DNA from: a bacterium
GTDB taxonomy: Bacteria > UBA8248
Direction of reading: 5' to 3'
NCBI GenBank assembly: GCA_965204535.1
Contig: CBDBEV010000001.1
Coordinates: forward strand, 2,880,001-2,944,000
DNA: 64,000 nucleotides
The notes under the pieces: model-generated
Databases searched by the model: none
What the model saw: only the letters and a program-made list of their open reading frames with translations
What the model was told of the DNA's origin: nothing
Program-made: the position numbers and the translations under genes
Shown here: positions 40,401 to 49,433 of the stretch, piece after piece
Layout of the letters: every line of letters begins with the position of its first letter
Numbering within the stretch: position 1 is the first letter of the stretch

Positions 40401-41765
40401 GAGGCGTCCGGCCCCGTAACGGCAGGTGAACTCGCCTCCAAAGTCGGTCTCGCGCGGGCGGATGTGGAGATCGCCCTGGCCGCCCTGGAGGGAGAGGGAG
40501 CGGTGCTGCGGGGCCGGTTCGTTCATCTCTCGCCGGAAGCCGAAACCGAGTGGTGCGACCGCGTGTTGCTGGCCCGCATCCACCGCATGACGCTCGGCAA
40601 GCTGAGAAAAGAGATAGAACCCGTCACGGCGGCGGAATTCGTCCGCTATCTGCTCAGGTGGCAGCACGTGCACGAGGACGCCATGCTTCACGGGCGCGAC
40701 GGCGTGTTGGAGGTGATCCGCCAGCTTCAGGGGCTCGAACTCCCCGCACCCGCCTGGGAGGAGCAGATTCTGCCCGCGCGCATCAAGAACTACGACCCTG
40801 CTGACTTAGAGGCGCTTTGCCTCTCGGGCCTGGTCGCCTGGGGACGCCTGCGCCCGGGCGCGCCGCCCGAGCCGGTCGAAGCTCCCGTGAACGGGAAACG
40901 CGCCAGGACGCTCCAGAGTGCTGCGCCCACGCGGCGGGCGCTCTTGGCCTTCCTGATGAGAGAGCACCTGGATCTTTTCCTGAGACCAAAAGAGGCCGAA
41001 GACGCCTGGCGGGGGAATCTCTCCCGCGCGGCATGCGAGATACTCGATTTTCTTAAGAGCAGGGGGGCGTCTTTCCTGGCCGACATCACGGCGGCGACGG
41101 GCAGGCTGCGCACCGAGGCCGAGGAGGCGCTCTGGGAGCTCGTCGCGCGCGGTCTGGTGACGGGCGACGGCGTGGCGGGATTGAGGGCTTTGATAGCCGG
41201 CGCGAACGAGAAGAAAAAAGGCGAGCGCAGGCTGCGCGCCCTGCCGGGCGGACGGGCGATATCGCGCGAGGCGAAAAAGCGATTCATGCCCGTGGGCCGC
41301 TGGTCGCTCTGGGGGAGTGCCGCCGCACCGCTCGACGCGGAAGCCGGCCGCGAGGCCCATGCGCGGCAGTTGCTGAAACGCTACGGCGTCGTGCTCCGCG
41401 AGCTGGCCGTCCGCGAACCCGGCGCTCCGCGCTGGCGCGAACTCGTGCGGGAATTCAGGCGCCTGGAAGCCAGGGGCGAGATTCGGGGCGGGCGTTTCGT
41501 CTCGGGCTTCACCGGCGAGCAGTTCGCCCTGCCCGAAGCGGTGGAGGCGCTTCGCGCCGTGCGGCGGATTCCGGCGCGGGGGAAACCAACCATCGTCCAT
41601 GCGAGCGACCCGATGAATTTAATAGGTATCGTTATTCCAGGACCTAAAGTTTCGGTGAGGTCACGCGAGGTCATCCTCTACCGCGACGGCCTCGCGGTCG
41701 ACAGCGGTCCCCTCGGCGAGGTGCGAAGCCGGATGCGGAATGAATCACTCGGTGGGGGAGGGTAG
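37440..41765 (+). CDS. lhr: Lhr-family large helicase
   Basis: APTGTGKT, TTPESL, DEIH, SAT, HHGSL, LELGIDIG, QRVGRSGH; C-terminal GEIRGGRFV..GEQFA. Confidence 0.93.
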   Translation: MDRHSFHPLIARWFAEKFGEPSAPQDAGWPEIATGRDTLIAAPTGTGKTLAAFLWSLDGLIRDALAGALDDECRLVYISPLKALGNDIQKNLQEPLSEIRALAKKEGVELPEIRVAVRSGDTPARERRLMLKKRPHILITTPESLYILLTAERSRKVLETARAVIVDEIHAVAGDKRGAHLAISLERLDALCDTRLQRIGLSATQKPIGEIARLLIGAERRGEDGAPDCAIVDVGHKREMALTVEVADQDIGPIASHEYWGEVFDRIAAHIESHRTTIVFVHTRRLAERVAHRLTERLGEGRVAAHHGSLSRKIRLDAEERLKSGALSAIVATASLELGIDIGHVDLVCHLGAPRTLASLLQRVGRSGHWKGAIPKGIVFPMTRDELLQSAAAIRSVRGGALDLVIFPKAPLDILAQQMVAEVAAQEEIGEESLWALVRRAQPYGELARSVFEDVLEMLSEGISTSRGRRTAYLHRDRVNALLRPRRGARLCAITSGGAIPDTADYDVVEGAAETFVGKVNEDFAIESNAGDIFLLGNHSWRVKRVERDKVRVEDAEGLPPNIPFWLGEAPSRTAELSEAVSALRAELAGRLDAPGEAIRWMRAECGLCAQGASQILDYARETARVLGRVPTQEEIIAERFFDEAGGMQLVIHSPFGGRINRAWGHTLRKRFCLTFDFELQAAATDDGIVLSLSSQHSFPLESIFGFARLASLKKDMLQSALQSPMFTNRWRWNATRALALPRHSGGKKVPVAIQRMRAEDLLAAVFPAQLACQDNHHGPIEPPDHPLVNETVENCLSEAMDIESLRKLISDIESRKIKTYGVETPAPSPMSHEILNANPYAFIDDAPLEERRSRAVPLRRALPDDAEGARLDADVIEEVCAQAWPAPRDADELHDALLSLCVLPDEEAGEWSAWVDELLARNRVAKGQWQSDGKEREGWVPAERMALIRAALPGISLNPSEISFQGDEAEPPAQDEAALAIVRGWTEASGPVTAGELASKVGLARADVEIALAALEGEGAVLRGRFVHLSPEAETEWCDRVLLARIHRMTLGKLRKEIEPVTAAEFVRYLLRWQHVHEDAMLHGRDGVLEVIRQLQGLELPAPAWEEQILPARIKNYDPADLEALCLSGLVAWGRLRPGAPPEPVEAPVNGKRARTLQSAAPTRRALLAFLMREHLDLFLRPKEAEDAWRGNLSRAACEILDFLKSRGASFLADITAATGRLRTEAEEALWELVARGLVTGDGVAGLRALIAGANEKKKGERRLRALPGGRAISREAKKRFMPVGRWSLWGSAAAPLDAEAGREAHARQLLKRYGVVLRELAVREPGAPRWRELVREFRRLEARGEIRGGRFVSGFTGEQFALPEAVEALRAVRRIPARGKPTIVHASDPMNLIGIVIPGPKVSVRSREVILYRDGLAVDSGPLGEVRSRMRNESLGGGG

Positions 41766-41848
41766 GGACAGGTCGCGACCTGTCCCTACAAAACCTGCAA
41801 TCCCCGTTCATCGGGACTTTTTCAACAACCCTTCCTCAGGGGATAAAG

Positions 41849-41997
41849 GCAACCCCCCCTACCCCCCCTTGACAGGGGGGTATGAAAAAACAACCCCCCT
41901 TCGACCCGGAGGCGGACGTCGTCTTTTTTCATATCCTCCACTTGCCGGGGCGTCGGACTTTTTTACCCCCCTGACAAGGGGGGGTAGGGGGGGTTGC
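41849..41997. repeat. Inverted-repeat element with GCAACCCCCCCTACCCCCC(C)TTG(A/T)CAGGGGGG ends
   Basis: Paired inverted ends; same family at 42937-43079, 61059-61385 and 62726-63088; GTAG REPs at 41762 and 42048 on either side. Confidence 0.8.
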
Positions 41998-42123
41998 TTT
42001 TCATGCAGGTGAGAGGGCAACCAAATCGAACGAGGAGGCGCCGCCCCGTAGGGACAGGCCCCCGTGCCTGTCCTGACGAGGGACAACCACACGGACGGGA
42101 AAATCATTGCCATTCCAAAATAA

Positions 42124-42155
42124 GAAAACCCCGGCGGCGCGCGCCGGGGCTTCTC
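42124..42155 (-). terminator. Probable intrinsic terminator of the cytochrome c' gene
   Basis: Minus strand CCCCGGCG..CGCCGGGG hairpin followed by TTTTCTTATTTT. Confidence 0.6.
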
Positions 42156-42173
42156 TCTTTCTCTTGAGCGTCG

Positions 42174-42689
42174 CTATCTTTTCTTCTTCTTTCGGAACGA
42201 CTTGTGGCATGCGCCGCATTGCCTGCCGATGAGGCCCACCGCTTTCTTGATGGCTGCCGGACCGCCCTTGTAGTGGATCTGCGCCAGGGCGGCGGCGTTC
42301 GCGGCCAGGCCGTCCGCGATGAGAGCGAATTTCCGCTTGTCTTTCCAGATGGCGGCGACGGATGTCGTCTTGCCCGCCAGGGTGTTCTTCTGGAACGCCT
42401 TTTTGATCTTGCTCGCCTTCTTGTACATGTCGCCTGCGGCCTGGCGCACCTGCTCCTCGACCACCCAGCCGCTGCCTTGTTTCATCGCGGTTCTGAGACG
42501 CTTCATGTCGGCGCCGATGCCGCGCATGAGCTTCTTGCGCGCCGTGACGGTGGGGTCCTCGCCGCCTTTCATCATCTTTTTCTTGCCCATCATCTTCTTG
42601 TCCATCATCCCCTCGCCCGCGCAGCCTGCGGCGAGCGCGCCGGCCATCATCAGGACAGCCAGGCTAATGAATACGTCTCGTTTTTTCAT
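42174..42689 (-). CDS. Class II cytochrome c (c'/c556), probable lipoprotein
   Basis: Lipobox LAAGC, Met/Lys-rich linker, RKKLM, AIW, C-terminal CGACH. Confidence 0.85.
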   Translation of the reverse strand: MKKRDVFISLAVLMMAGALAAGCAGEGMMDKKMMGKKKMMKGGEDPTVTARKKLMRGIGADMKRLRTAMKQGSGWVVEEQVRQAAGDMYKKASKIKKAFQKNTLAGKTTSVAAIWKDKRKFALIADGLAANAAALAQIHYKGGPAAIKKAVGLIGRQCGACHKSFRKKKKR

Positions 42690-42936
42690 GACCGGATTTC
42701 CCCCACAAAATCAGAAACGAAAAAGACAAACAGGCGGACCTGTATGAAACCCTCTTGTGCTGGTGCGCGTATAAACCAACCATGGGCGGTGGCTTGCTCG
42801 ACTCGTTGTGTATGGCTTCATACTAGCCGAAAAGAGACCCGGCGGCCAGTCCCCGGAATTGCGGTGCGAAGGCGCCCGGGGAGGAAGCAGATTCACTCCC
42901 TCTCAAGGGGGCTGTTGAAAAAATTTTGTCAAAGGA

Positions 42937-43079
42937 GCAACCCCCCCTACCCCCCCTTGTCAGGGGGGTATGAAAAGGCGGCACCCGCCGCTGGCAGGGG
43001 GGCTTTTGTTTTTTCCCGCCCTCCTGTCAAGGGGGTTTTCTTTTTTTGCCCCCCTGACAAGGGGGGGTAGGGGGGGTTG
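42937..43079. repeat. Second copy of the CCCCCCCTACCCCCC inverted-repeat element, preceded by a lone GGGGCTGTTGAAAAA end
   Basis: Direct comparison with 41849-41997. Confidence 0.8.
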
Positions 43080-43338
43080 GTTTTATCTCCCGCCAAGGGG
43101 GGAGTCGATTTGTTTCCGTCCGACATTACGCCGTCATCCACCTTCGCACGGGCGGCGTTGATCCCGAAGCCCATTTATGAAACCTTGGGATATCCAGAAG
43201 GTTTCATGAATGCCTCACTTTCAAGCCCGGCGAAGGCCGGTCGGCGAGGAGGCATGAGAGACGCCGCTATGATTGCGGCTCGAAATCTTTATTCCATTAG
43301 CCGCCGGGCGGGCGGCCCCATTTGCGAAAGGAGCGGAC

Positions 43339-43632
43339 ATGGGCGCATACGTGGTCGGACACATCACCGTCAAGGACGAAGAAGGCTTCAACAGCTACGC
43401 CGAGCAGGGGCTCGCCATCGTCGCATCCGTCGGGGGCGAGGTGGCGGCGAGCGGACAACTCGTAAAAGTCCTCACCGGCGAGCACGACAGGCAAATGTTC
43501 GTCCTCCTCAAGTTCCCCGATCAGGAGGCGGTGGAGAAATGGTATTACTCGGACGGCTACCAGGCCCTGATCCCCGGCCGCAACGAGGCGGTGGACATCA
43601 CGTTCATCTCCTATGACGAGCCGGAGGAGTAG
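43339..43632 (+). CDS. DUF1330-family protein
   Basis: AYVVGHITVKD..Y..GGE..LLKFPD..WYYSDGYQ..R; AAAGGAG RBS. Confidence 0.85.
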   Translation: MGAYVVGHITVKDEEGFNSYAEQGLAIVASVGGEVAASGQLVKVLTGEHDRQMFVLLKFPDQEAVEKWYYSDGYQALIPGRNEAVDITFISYDEPEE

Positions 43633-43791
43633 GCGTTCGGAGGAGGGGAGGCGGAACTGGCGCGCAGCTTCAGGGTGCTCAGGGAACTGGAAGTCGACGT
43701 CGTGATATGCAGCGTTTCTGTAGGCGAGATGCGAATCGTGGAAGTCACGCCCGAGGAGTGGCGGGGCATCATAGACGGGTTGGCGGGGTAG
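43633..43791 (+). pseudogene. Start-less coding remnant (possible C-terminus of a lost gene)
   Basis: 52 open codons with protein-like composition (..LARSFRVLRELEVDVVICSVSVG..VTPEEWRGIIDGLAG*), in frame after the DUF1330 TAG. Confidence 0.4.
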
Positions 43792-43884
43792 GGGTCAATT
43801 CGGTCTCAAGAAGACGGAATTGCGAACCGATGTTTTCTTCACGCCCGGCAGACTCTCCCTTTAGAGTCACCAGCCCTTTTGCAT

Positions 43885-45879
43885 TCACCCGCTTTTCGGG
43901 AGGCTTTCCTCGATGAGTTCTTTTCGCAAAAACCAGCCTCCGTGGCGCGTGACCTGGAAAATCACGAGAATCGCCAACAAGACGAATCCTGCGCCTTGAG
44001 AAAAAAGCGTGGGCCAAAGCATCATGAATGCCCCCAGGAGAAGGCCTCCTCTCTCCATCCAGGTTGTCCTCCCGATCAGATATCCACTCAGGCCGGCCGT
44101 TCCGGCGACAAGCGCGATGCCGGTTGTCAAGGTAACCAGGATGATATCGGCCACGCTACCGTTCAGCAGAATGGCGGGGGAATAGGCGAAAAGAAACGGG
44201 ATCACATAGAGGCCTTTCGCCGCCCTGAAGGAAGTCCAGCCGGTCTTCATCGGATCCGCCTCGGCGATGGCGGCGGCGGTATAGGCAGGAATGCAAACGG
44301 GAGGCGTGTAACAACTATCCAGGCTGAACCAGAAGATGATCATGTGGGCCGTCACGGCGCTCATACCGCCCAGCTCGATGAGGGCGGGAGCGGCCATCGT
44401 CGCCAGAACGATATAGGCGGAACTGCTCGGAAGCCCCATCCCCAGAACGAAGGAGGCCACGCCGACCAGAATGATTCCGAGAAAGAGACTTCCGCCCGAG
44501 GCTGAAACGACGATGGAGGAGAATTTGAGTCCCAGCCCCGTAATCGTCGTCGCTCCGATGATGATGCCCGCAGTCGCGCAGGCGGCGGCTATCGGGGCGC
44601 ACTGCTGCGCTCCGCGAACCAGCGCCCTGATGAGTTTGCTCAGGCCGCTTTTCAGATAATCGAGAGCGCGCCTCACGGAAAAACTTCGTTCCCGCCATCC
44701 CTGGTAGAGATAGTCGACCATTCCCAGCAGCATCATGGAAATAATCGTGGCGATGATTCCGGATACGCCCGCATACTGCACCGATCTCCCGATCACCATG
44801 AAATAAATCAGGACGGCCGGCGGTATGAGGAAGACGAGCGCGCGCGCTATCGTATTCAGGATGTTGGGAAGGTCTTCCCAGCTCAGGCCCCGGATGTCGT
44901 TTTTGGCCGCCTCCAGATGCACGAACACGAAAACGGACATGAAATAGAGCAACGCCGGGATGACCGATATCTTGATGATGGTGAAATAGGAAGTGCCGGT
45001 GAATTCGGCCAGCAGAAACGCCGCCGTCCCCATGATGGGAGGCATGATCTGGCCCCCGGTGGACGCCGCCGTCTCGACCGCTCCCGCCACGTGGGGGCGA
45101 TACCCCATTTTTTTCATCAGGGGGATGGTGAAGGTGCCCGTGGTGACGATGTTGGCGGTGGCGCTTCCCGATATGGTTCCCGAGAGGGCGCTGGCCACAA
45201 CGGCCGCCTTGGCGGGTCCGCCCCGCATTCTGCCGGTCAGCAGGAACGCGAAGTCGATATATATCTTCCCGGCGCCCGAAGCATCGAGCACGGCCCCGAA
45301 CAGGATGAACAGGAACATGTAATTGACGAAAACGTACATCGGAGCGGACCAAAGACCCCCGTCGGTCAGATAGAAATGATCGATGATGTCCAGAAACCCG
45401 ATGCCGCCGTGCTTGAACTCCCACGGCATCCAGGGGCCGAAGTAGGTGTAGACAAGGAAGAATAGCGCAATCAAAGGCAGGGTCAGATTGATCGCCCTGC
45501 GCGTGGCCTCGAGAACCAAAACGATGCAGATGACTCCAAAAACGATATCCAGGAGCAGGACATCGTCTATATACCGGGTGCGTTCGAGCAGCCGGTCGAA
45601 CTCCCAAAGCAGCCACATTACGGAAACCACCGCCAGGACGCCGAGGAAGGCGACAAACGCCTTGCGCCACCCAGGCGACAAGACCCCGGCTTTTTTCGAT
45701 GGGGGAGTGAGAAAGATGATGGCGGCGGCGGCCAGATAAAACATCGGCCGCTCGAAAATCGCGTCCATCCCGCCGGTAACGGCGAGATAGACCTCGGTGA
45801 GGGACATGCCGATCGCAACCAGCGTGAGGAGATAACCGACGAATCCCCTGGGCGGAAAATTTACGCCTTGACTGGCCAT
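43885..45879 (-). CDS. TRAP transporter fused 4TM/12TM permease (TAXI-associated)
   Basis: LEATRR, GGPAKAAV, SGSATANIVTTG, ASTGGQIMPPIMG, LGMGLP, TPPV. Confidence 0.93.
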   Translation of the reverse strand: MASQGVNFPPRGFVGYLLTLVAIGMSLTEVYLAVTGGMDAIFERPMFYLAAAAIIFLTPPSKKAGVLSPGWRKAFVAFLGVLAVVSVMWLLWEFDRLLERTRYIDDVLLLDIVFGVICIVLVLEATRRAINLTLPLIALFFLVYTYFGPWMPWEFKHGGIGFLDIIDHFYLTDGGLWSAPMYVFVNYMFLFILFGAVLDASGAGKIYIDFAFLLTGRMRGGPAKAAVVASALSGTISGSATANIVTTGTFTIPLMKKMGYRPHVAGAVETAASTGGQIMPPIMGTAAFLLAEFTGTSYFTIIKISVIPALLYFMSVFVFVHLEAAKNDIRGLSWEDLPNILNTIARALVFLIPPAVLIYFMVIGRSVQYAGVSGIIATIISMMLLGMVDYLYQGWRERSFSVRRALDYLKSGLSKLIRALVRGAQQCAPIAAACATAGIIIGATTITGLGLKFSSIVVSASGGSLFLGIILVGVASFVLGMGLPSSSAYIVLATMAAPALIELGGMSAVTAHMIIFWFSLDSCYTPPVCIPAYTAAAIAEADPMKTGWTSFRAAKGLYVIPFLFAYSPAILLNGSVADIILVTLTTGIALVAGTAGLSGYLIGRTTWMERGGLLLGAFMMLWPTLFSQGAGFVLLAILVIFQVTRHGGWFLRKELIEESLPKSG

Positions 45880-45983
45880 GAAGAGCGCCTTCCGGAATTA
45901 TGCGGAAACGGGCGCCGGGATAATCGCGGGAATCCCCGGCGCCCGCTCATTCCTCCAGCGTGGTGAAACTGCGCTTTCTCAGA

Positions 45984-47006
45984 TTACATCGCTCCCACTT
46001 CCTTGTAATAACGGGCTGCGCCGGGGTGCATGGGAACGCCTTTCATGTTCTTCACGGAACGTTTGGGTTCCAGGAAACCGTAAAGCCTGTGGGCACCCTT
46101 CAGATAATCCTTGTTTTCAAAAACGGTTTTCGTCACCTTGTAGATCAGGTCGGGTGATTGGTCTCCTCTCGTGAAAATGATCGTTCGGAGTCCGTAGGTA
46201 TCGAGGGGTTTCTTCTGGCCGGGATAGGTATTCGCGTCCACAATCGATTCCACCAGGCCGAAATTTTCCAGCCTCTGCCGCATGCCCGGGGTGACCCCGG
46301 TGAAATTGATGGGGCGGCGCAGGGCCGCTTGTTTGATCAATCCGTTACCGGGGCCGGTGTGGAACAGGACGAAATCCACGTGCTTGTCCTGATAGAAGCG
46401 CATCATGGCGCGGCCTCCGCCGAGGCGGACCGACACGCCCGCTTTTTTCAGCGCAGCGGTCGAGGTTCCGTACTCCTTCAAAAGGTAGGTCGCAATGTTG
46501 TAGGTTCCCGTCCCTTTCTTCCCGATGGTTATTCCGGCCCTGGGTTTCTTCTGCACGAAATCCTCGAACGATTGAATCCCTTTATCGACCAGTTCGGGCG
46601 CCGCCATGAAATGAACGGCGGACGTATAGAGCCATACCATGGCCCTCAAGTTCGGATACTTTTTCTTGTATGGTTTTTTGCCCGCAATGGCGTTTCCCAC
46701 GTAATACGTGTAACTGTAGGCGATGTCGGACTTGCCCACCCCCACCAGTTGCGGGTTGGATTTTCCCCCGCCCAGGGTGACGTTCAGGGAATAGTCCTTG
46801 TTCTTGCGGTTGAAGACGTCCGCAAGAGCGCCCGCCATGACATAGAGTGTGCTGGCGACGGTGGCGGCCCCCAGTTTGACCGCTTTTTTGGCGGCTTCGA
46901 CTTTGGGGGGAGCGACCAGTACGAATACAAACAAGGCGACGCAGGCTGCAATCCGTGCTGAGTGCTGGCGACAAGTCTTTTTGAGCATCAATTTACCCTC
47001 CCTCAT
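45984..47006 (-). CDS. TAXI-family TRAP solute-binding protein (start 47006 or 46988)
   Basis: Signal peptide, GGGKSN, TYPGQ, PMHPGAARYYKE. Confidence 0.9.
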   Translation of the reverse strand: MREGKLMLKKTCRQHSARIAACVALFVFVLVAPPKVEAAKKAVKLGAATVASTLYVMAGALADVFNRKNKDYSLNVTLGGGKSNPQLVGVGKSDIAYSYTYYVGNAIAGKKPYKKKYPNLRAMVWLYTSAVHFMAAPELVDKGIQSFEDFVQKKPRAGITIGKKGTGTYNIATYLLKEYGTSTAALKKAGVSVRLGGGRAMMRFYQDKHVDFVLFHTGPGNGLIKQAALRRPINFTGVTPGMRQRLENFGLVESIVDANTYPGQKKPLDTYGLRTIIFTRGDQSPDLIYKVTKTVFENKDYLKGAHRLYGFLEPKRSVKNMKGVPMHPGAARYYKEVGAM

Positions 47007-47062
47007 CAGAGCAGGACGATTTGCATCCTTGAACGGGATGATTTAACCAACGCCTCGACTAT

Positions 47063-47467
47063 CTAAGCGCCCGGACTTATTGCGGCAATCGCTTTCTGCG
47101 TAAACTCCTTGATGTGGTCGTAGGCTCTCTCGGAAAGTTTGCACACCTCGGAGCCGTAGGTGGCGGGGCCGCGCACGTGTGTCGTTCTCAGGCTCTCGAA
47201 CACGGTCAGTTGGGTGAGGGCCCGCCTTGTCTCCTCGTCTATGTTGGCCTCCAGGAAATCATGGTCCCCGTGTTCAAAGAGATACCAGGTATGGGCAACG
47301 TCGTTGTTCTCGGGGATGACCCCTTTCGCGTGCAGGGCGGCATTCATCCAATTCGAGCAGATGTGCATGCGGCCCCACATCACCGCCTCGAAATCCTCCT
47401 CGGGGTCGAGTTTTTTCACCGATTGCGCAAACCGCTCAGCCTTGGCCATGTGTTCTTCGATTTTCAC
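47063..47467 (-). CDS. Hypothetical helical protein, paralog of 47490-47897
   Basis: GTG after GGAGA; HMAKAERF..KLDP..NAALHAKG..DVAHT..ESLRTTHVRG. Confidence 0.75.
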   Translation of the reverse strand: MKIEEHMAKAERFAQSVKKLDPEEDFEAVMWGRMHICSNWMNAALHAKGVIPENNDVAHTWYLFEHGDHDFLEANIDEETRRALTQLTVFESLRTTHVRGPATYGSEVCKLSERAYDHIKEFTQKAIAAISPGA

Positions 47468-47489
47468 GGCGCATCTCCAGAATTTCTGC

Positions 47490-47897
47490 TCATACCACTC
47501 TCCAGACCGCAGGCCGGGCCGCATCTCCGACTATCTCCAGAAAACCGGCTTTCGCCTCCTCCAGACTCTGAAGGCATTTGTCCATGATTGCCCGGGTAAT
47601 CGGCTCATTGTCCCGGCAATGCCCGGGGCGGAGCTGCTCAATGAATTTCAGGGGTTCCATCGCGGCCTGAAGCGCCGCGCCGGGCTGCCTGATGTATCCG
47701 TCCAGAGTGGGGCGGAAGGTGTGCGCGTGGTCCATCAACTGGTTTGTGATCCCCTCCGCGTGGAGAGCCGCGTTGAAATAGTGCGTGGCGGCGAGCATGC
47801 ACGTCTCGATGATCATTTCGGGGTCGTCGGCGGGATCCAGTTTTCGAAGGGAGGCTTCGATTCTTTGCGCCTTTGCGACGTGGTCACGCGGTTCCAT
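47490..47897 (-). CDS. Hypothetical helical protein, paralog of 47063-47467
   Basis: ATG after GGAGGAG; HVAKAQRI..KLDP..NAALHAEG..DHAHT..EQLRPGHCRD. Confidence 0.75.
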   Translation of the reverse strand: MEPRDHVAKAQRIEASLRKLDPADDPEMIIETCMLAATHYFNAALHAEGITNQLMDHAHTFRPTLDGYIRQPGAALQAAMEPLKFIEQLRPGHCRDNEPITRAIMDKCLQSLEEAKAGFLEIVGDAARPAVWRVV

Positions 47898-48227
47898 TAT
47901 TGATCTCCTCCGCTTTCCGGTGGGCATTGAAAACGAGGCCATCAATCCATGAATCAAAACCAGACGGGAAATTTTGACGTAAAGTGTCGCTTGGACGTGG
48001 GGCGTATGTCAACTATTCGAAATTCATCCCCTGAGCCACATTGAATTTGAAAACCGTGCCGGGAGATTCCATGAGAAAATTTCACGCTCGGCAAATGCGA
48101 CCACATCAATCGGGTTGAATGCCTCTGCAATTCTTTGCCGAGGCGTCTTCAGAACGTCTTGTTTGACTTCGCTTCCTATCAGACACCATATTAGGGACAC
48201 TTCGTGAAACGATAATCTCACATACGA

Positions 48228-49433
48228 GTGGGAGGCCTACCCGTGAATCCAGTCGCTCAAGCGGAAACCACAACAGACATCATCGACGCCTCAACCGGCA
48301 AAAAGATGAACATCATCGATTGCGATATTCATCCCCGAATGCCGAAAGGAGTGCAATCTCTCGTGCCCTATCTCCCCGAGAAGTGGCAGGCGCGGATCGG
48401 GATGAAGGGCGCCCTGGTGAAAGACGAAGCGAACCCCCGGAATACGTTCGCCGTTCCCAGGCGCGCGTTCTTCCATCCTCACCCCGGGGGGTCCGGGCGA
48501 GTGGATGCCAGGCCGCCCGAAGGCGGCCCCATCGGTTCGGACATCGGCTTCCTGGCGAAACAGCTGCTCGACGAACACGACATCAACTACGCCATCATCG
48601 TCGGTCAGGACGCCACGGGCGTCTCGGGAATCCCGGATGCGGACTTGAGCGCCGCCTACGCCTCCGCCTACAACGATTTCGTTCTCACCGAGTGGGCTTC
48701 CACCGACGAACGCTTCAAGGCGTGCATCTGGGTGAGCCCGCGCGATCCGAATCTCGCGGCGGAGGAAATCGATCGACTGGCCGGTCATCCCGATATCGTC
48801 TCGGTCCAGGTTTGCCCGATGGACATCCCCCTGGGCCAGCGGTACATGTGGCCGATATACGAAGCGGCCTCCCGCCACCACCTGCCCGTCGCGATTCACG
48901 GCGGCTCTGAAACCGCCGGCGTCAATCCACCGATGCTGGCCGTGGGAATGCCTTCTTATTTCATCGAGTTACACAGCGGCTTGCCCCAGGTGGGGTGGAT
49001 GCACGTGACGAGCATGGTATGCGAGGGGGTGTTCGCACGCTTCCCGAACCTGAAATTCATCGTCCAGGAGATGGGTTACGCCTGGGTCGCAGGCCTCATG
49101 TGGCGCCTGGACAAGGAGTGGAGATCCCTGCGGCTCGAGGTTCCCTGGGTCAAGGAGCCGCCCAGCGAAGTCATTCGCAAGCACGTGCGGTTTACGAGCC
49201 AGCCCGTCGAGGAGCCGCCCAGGCCCGAATTCAACGAGCAGATGCTGAAAATGATCTATGCGGAAGACACGCTTCAGTTTTCTTCCGACTATCCGCATTG
49301 GGACTTCGACGACCCGCGCTATGTTTTCCCCAACATCGACCCGCAGCTGCACAAGAGCATCTTTTATGGAAATGCGCTCGGCACTTACCCGAAGATCCAT
49401 AAACTCGTGGCGGGAGAAAACGGGGAAACCTGA
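48228..49433 (+). CDS. Amidohydrolase-fold protein (DxH type; possible dinuclear oxygenase); start 48228, 48243 or 48306
   Basis: IIDCDIHP, VAIHG, QEMG, TSQPVEEP, SSDYPHWDFD. Confidence 0.85.
   Translation: MGGLPVNPVAQAETTTDIIDASTGKKMNIIDCDIHPRMPKGVQSLVPYLPEKWQARIGMKGALVKDEANPRNTFAVPRRAFFHPHPGGSGRVDARPPEGGPIGSDIGFLAKQLLDEHDINYAIIVGQDATGVSGIPDADLSAAYASAYNDFVLTEWASTDERFKACIWVSPRDPNLAAEEIDRLAGHPDIVSVQVCPMDIPLGQRYMWPIYEAASRHHLPVAIHGGSETAGVNPPMLAVGMPSYFIELHSGLPQVGWMHVTSMVCEGVFARFPNLKFIVQEMGYAWVAGLMWRLDKEWRSLRLEVPWVKEPPSEVIRKHVRFTSQPVEEPPRPEFNEQMLKMIYAEDTLQFSSDYPHWDFDDPRYVFPNIDPQLHKSIFYGNALGTYPKIHKLVAGENGET

Noticed and set aside
41818-42922. Composite transposon around the cytochrome c' gene
   Set aside because: The two TGTTGAAAAA-type ends point away from the gene and there is no target duplication
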